From assembly GCA_016432345.1 (NCBI GenBank), contig CP066685.1, positions 1 to 46,235 of the forward strand: DNA of 46,235 nucleotides, in the 5' to 3' direction. Below the pieces are notes generated by a model. That model searched no databases, had not been told where the DNA came from, and saw only the letters and a program-made list of their open reading frames with translations. Every line of letters starts with the position of its first letter. The first letter of the stretch is position 1. The translations under genes were made by a program, and so were the position numbers. This document shows, piece after piece, positions 45,267-46,235 of the stretch. This stretch comes from Candidatus Levyibacteriota bacterium. GTDB taxonomy: Bacteria; Patescibacteriota; Microgenomatia; Levybacterales; UBA12049.

Positions 45267-45587
45267 TTATTTGCAGTTTTCAAAACCGGGGAACACACCA
45301 ATACAGGCAACACCGGTGATATAGGCTATGATGCTTACCACAAGAGCGGCGGTAAAGATAACAAAGAGGCCAATAATGGCGTAAGTTAAGGTGTGCCGCG
45401 CTCCTTCCATTTTTTTGGCGTCTCCTCCTGCTAATATAAGTTTGATGCCGGCATAGGCAATTAGAATAATGGCTGTGATGCCAGCCAGAGTAAATGCGGA
45501 TATCACAAAACGCTGAAAAATAAGAGGGAAACAATCAAGAGTTGCGATTTTATCTTTGCCAGAAACAACACAATCATCCCAAGTCAT
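45267..45587 (-). CDS. TrbC/VirB2-like pilin
   Basis: Two hydrophobic helices around 'YAGIKLILAGGDAKKMEGARHTLTYAIIGL'. Confidence 0.82.
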   Translation of the reverse strand: MTWDDCVVSGKDKIATLDCFPLIFQRFVISAFTLAGITAIILIAYAGIKLILAGGDAKKMEGARHTLTYAIIGLFVIFTAALVVSIIAYITGVACIGVFPGFENCK

Positions 45588-45631
45588 ACATTAAACGTAG
45601 CAAAAAAGGGGAAGAATAGCAATAAAAAGAT

Positions 45632-46036
45632 TTATGTTTTTGGCCCAATGGTTGGTATTTCTATCTGAAATAGGCTTTGACCTGTGAAGAAAAAGACAAT
45701 AAGATTAAGAATAAAGTAAGATAAAAAGACAATAATCAGTCCCACCACTGCGGCAATAACGTGATTGCGTGCTTCCTCAACCCCGGTTTTATCTCCTCCA
45801 GATGTAATCCATTTAATGCCGCCCCAAATAAGAAAGGCCAGAGCTATAATAATAGCAAGAACAAAAGCAAAAGTAATAAGCTGGCTGATGGTTTGCCCAA
45901 GTTTGCCTGCCGATAAATCACAAAGAGATTTAAATTGTTGAGTTTTGGTACAATCGATAATAGTTTCGGCGTAAGCAAATGGAGGGGATGCAAGAAGCGC
46001 TATGATGGTAGAGAAAAATGCAAAAATTTTCTTCAT
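45632..46036 (-). CDS. TrbC/VirB2-like pilin with a signal peptide
   Basis: Signal 'MKKIFAFF...AYA'; 'WGGIKWITSGGDKTGVEEARNHVIAAVVGL'. Confidence 0.85.
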   Translation of the reverse strand: MKKIFAFFSTIIALLASPPFAYAETIIDCTKTQQFKSLCDLSAGKLGQTISQLITFAFVLAIIIALAFLIWGGIKWITSGGDKTGVEEARNHVIAAVVGLIIVFLSYFILNLIVFFFTGQSLFQIEIPTIGPKT

Positions 46037-46075
46037 TAGTTTAATAATAAGCAGGTTTTTTTAGTTTGTCAAGCA

Positions 46076-46234
46076 TTACTTAATAAGCGGGACGCCAAAG
46101 AAGTTGGTAATTAAAAGTACAATAGCAAATGCTAGAAGGCTTATAATAAGTCCAAAAACAGAGTAAATAATTCTGTTTCTGGCTGATTGCAGTTTTGTTT
46201 TTTCTCCGCCAGATATAATCCACTCGACCCCGCC
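46076..46234 (-). CDS. TrbC/VirB2-like pilin (partial, 5' end outside the window)
   Basis: Not in the ORF track. My translation is GGVEWIISGGEKTKLQSARNRIIYSVFGLIISLLAFAIVLLITNFFGVPLIK*. Confidence 0.82.
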   Translation of the reverse strand, partial: GGVEWIISGGEKTKLQSARNRIIYSVFGLIISLLAFAIVLLITNFFGVPLIK

Positions 46235-46235
46235 C

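Overview
This is a chromosomal window around the replication origin of what looks like a Patescibacteria/CPR bacterium. Assignment to Microgenomates (Levybacteria-like) is an inference from gene content: short ValS, DUF4012 protein, PrgI/VirB4/pilin locus and near-absence of Shine-Dalgarno motifs. Genetic code 11 applies, since TGA is used as a stop. Left to right: (1) an accessory patch at 1-4.8 kb with an antitoxin tail, a truncated IS5-family transposase, an AAA+ ATPase, a broken surface metalloprotease gene and an MNT-HEPN TA pair; (2) housekeeping genes: P-type ATPase, ruvCAB, rplY, valS; (3) a RelBE TA pair; (4) a sugar/central-carbon cluster (GT4 plus His-phosphatase, galE, gdhA, class II aldolase, fbp, pgk) interrupted by a restriction-modification cassette with a frameshifted putative endonuclease; (5) dedA, DUF4012, rnhA and an O-antigen-ligase-like gene; (6) the jag-yidC-yidD-rnpA-rpmH / dnaA-oriC-dnaN block; (7) a T4SS-like locus (SLT+CHAP hydrolase, VirB4, PrgI, VirB2-like pilins) interrupted by a four-helix-bundle gene, a direct-repeat-flanked AbrB-Doc cassette and large orphan proteins. 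The most striking unexplained signal is a window-wide set of 7-nt-period repeat arrays. Two inverted TAG-heptad arrays bracket the four-helix-bundle gene. Related arrays sit in-frame inside valS, ruvC, gdhA and the ligase gene. A near-identical 28-nt unit supplies the last codons and stop (KVVSSK*) of two unrelated genes. I found no rRNA, tRNA or CRISPR array by eye.
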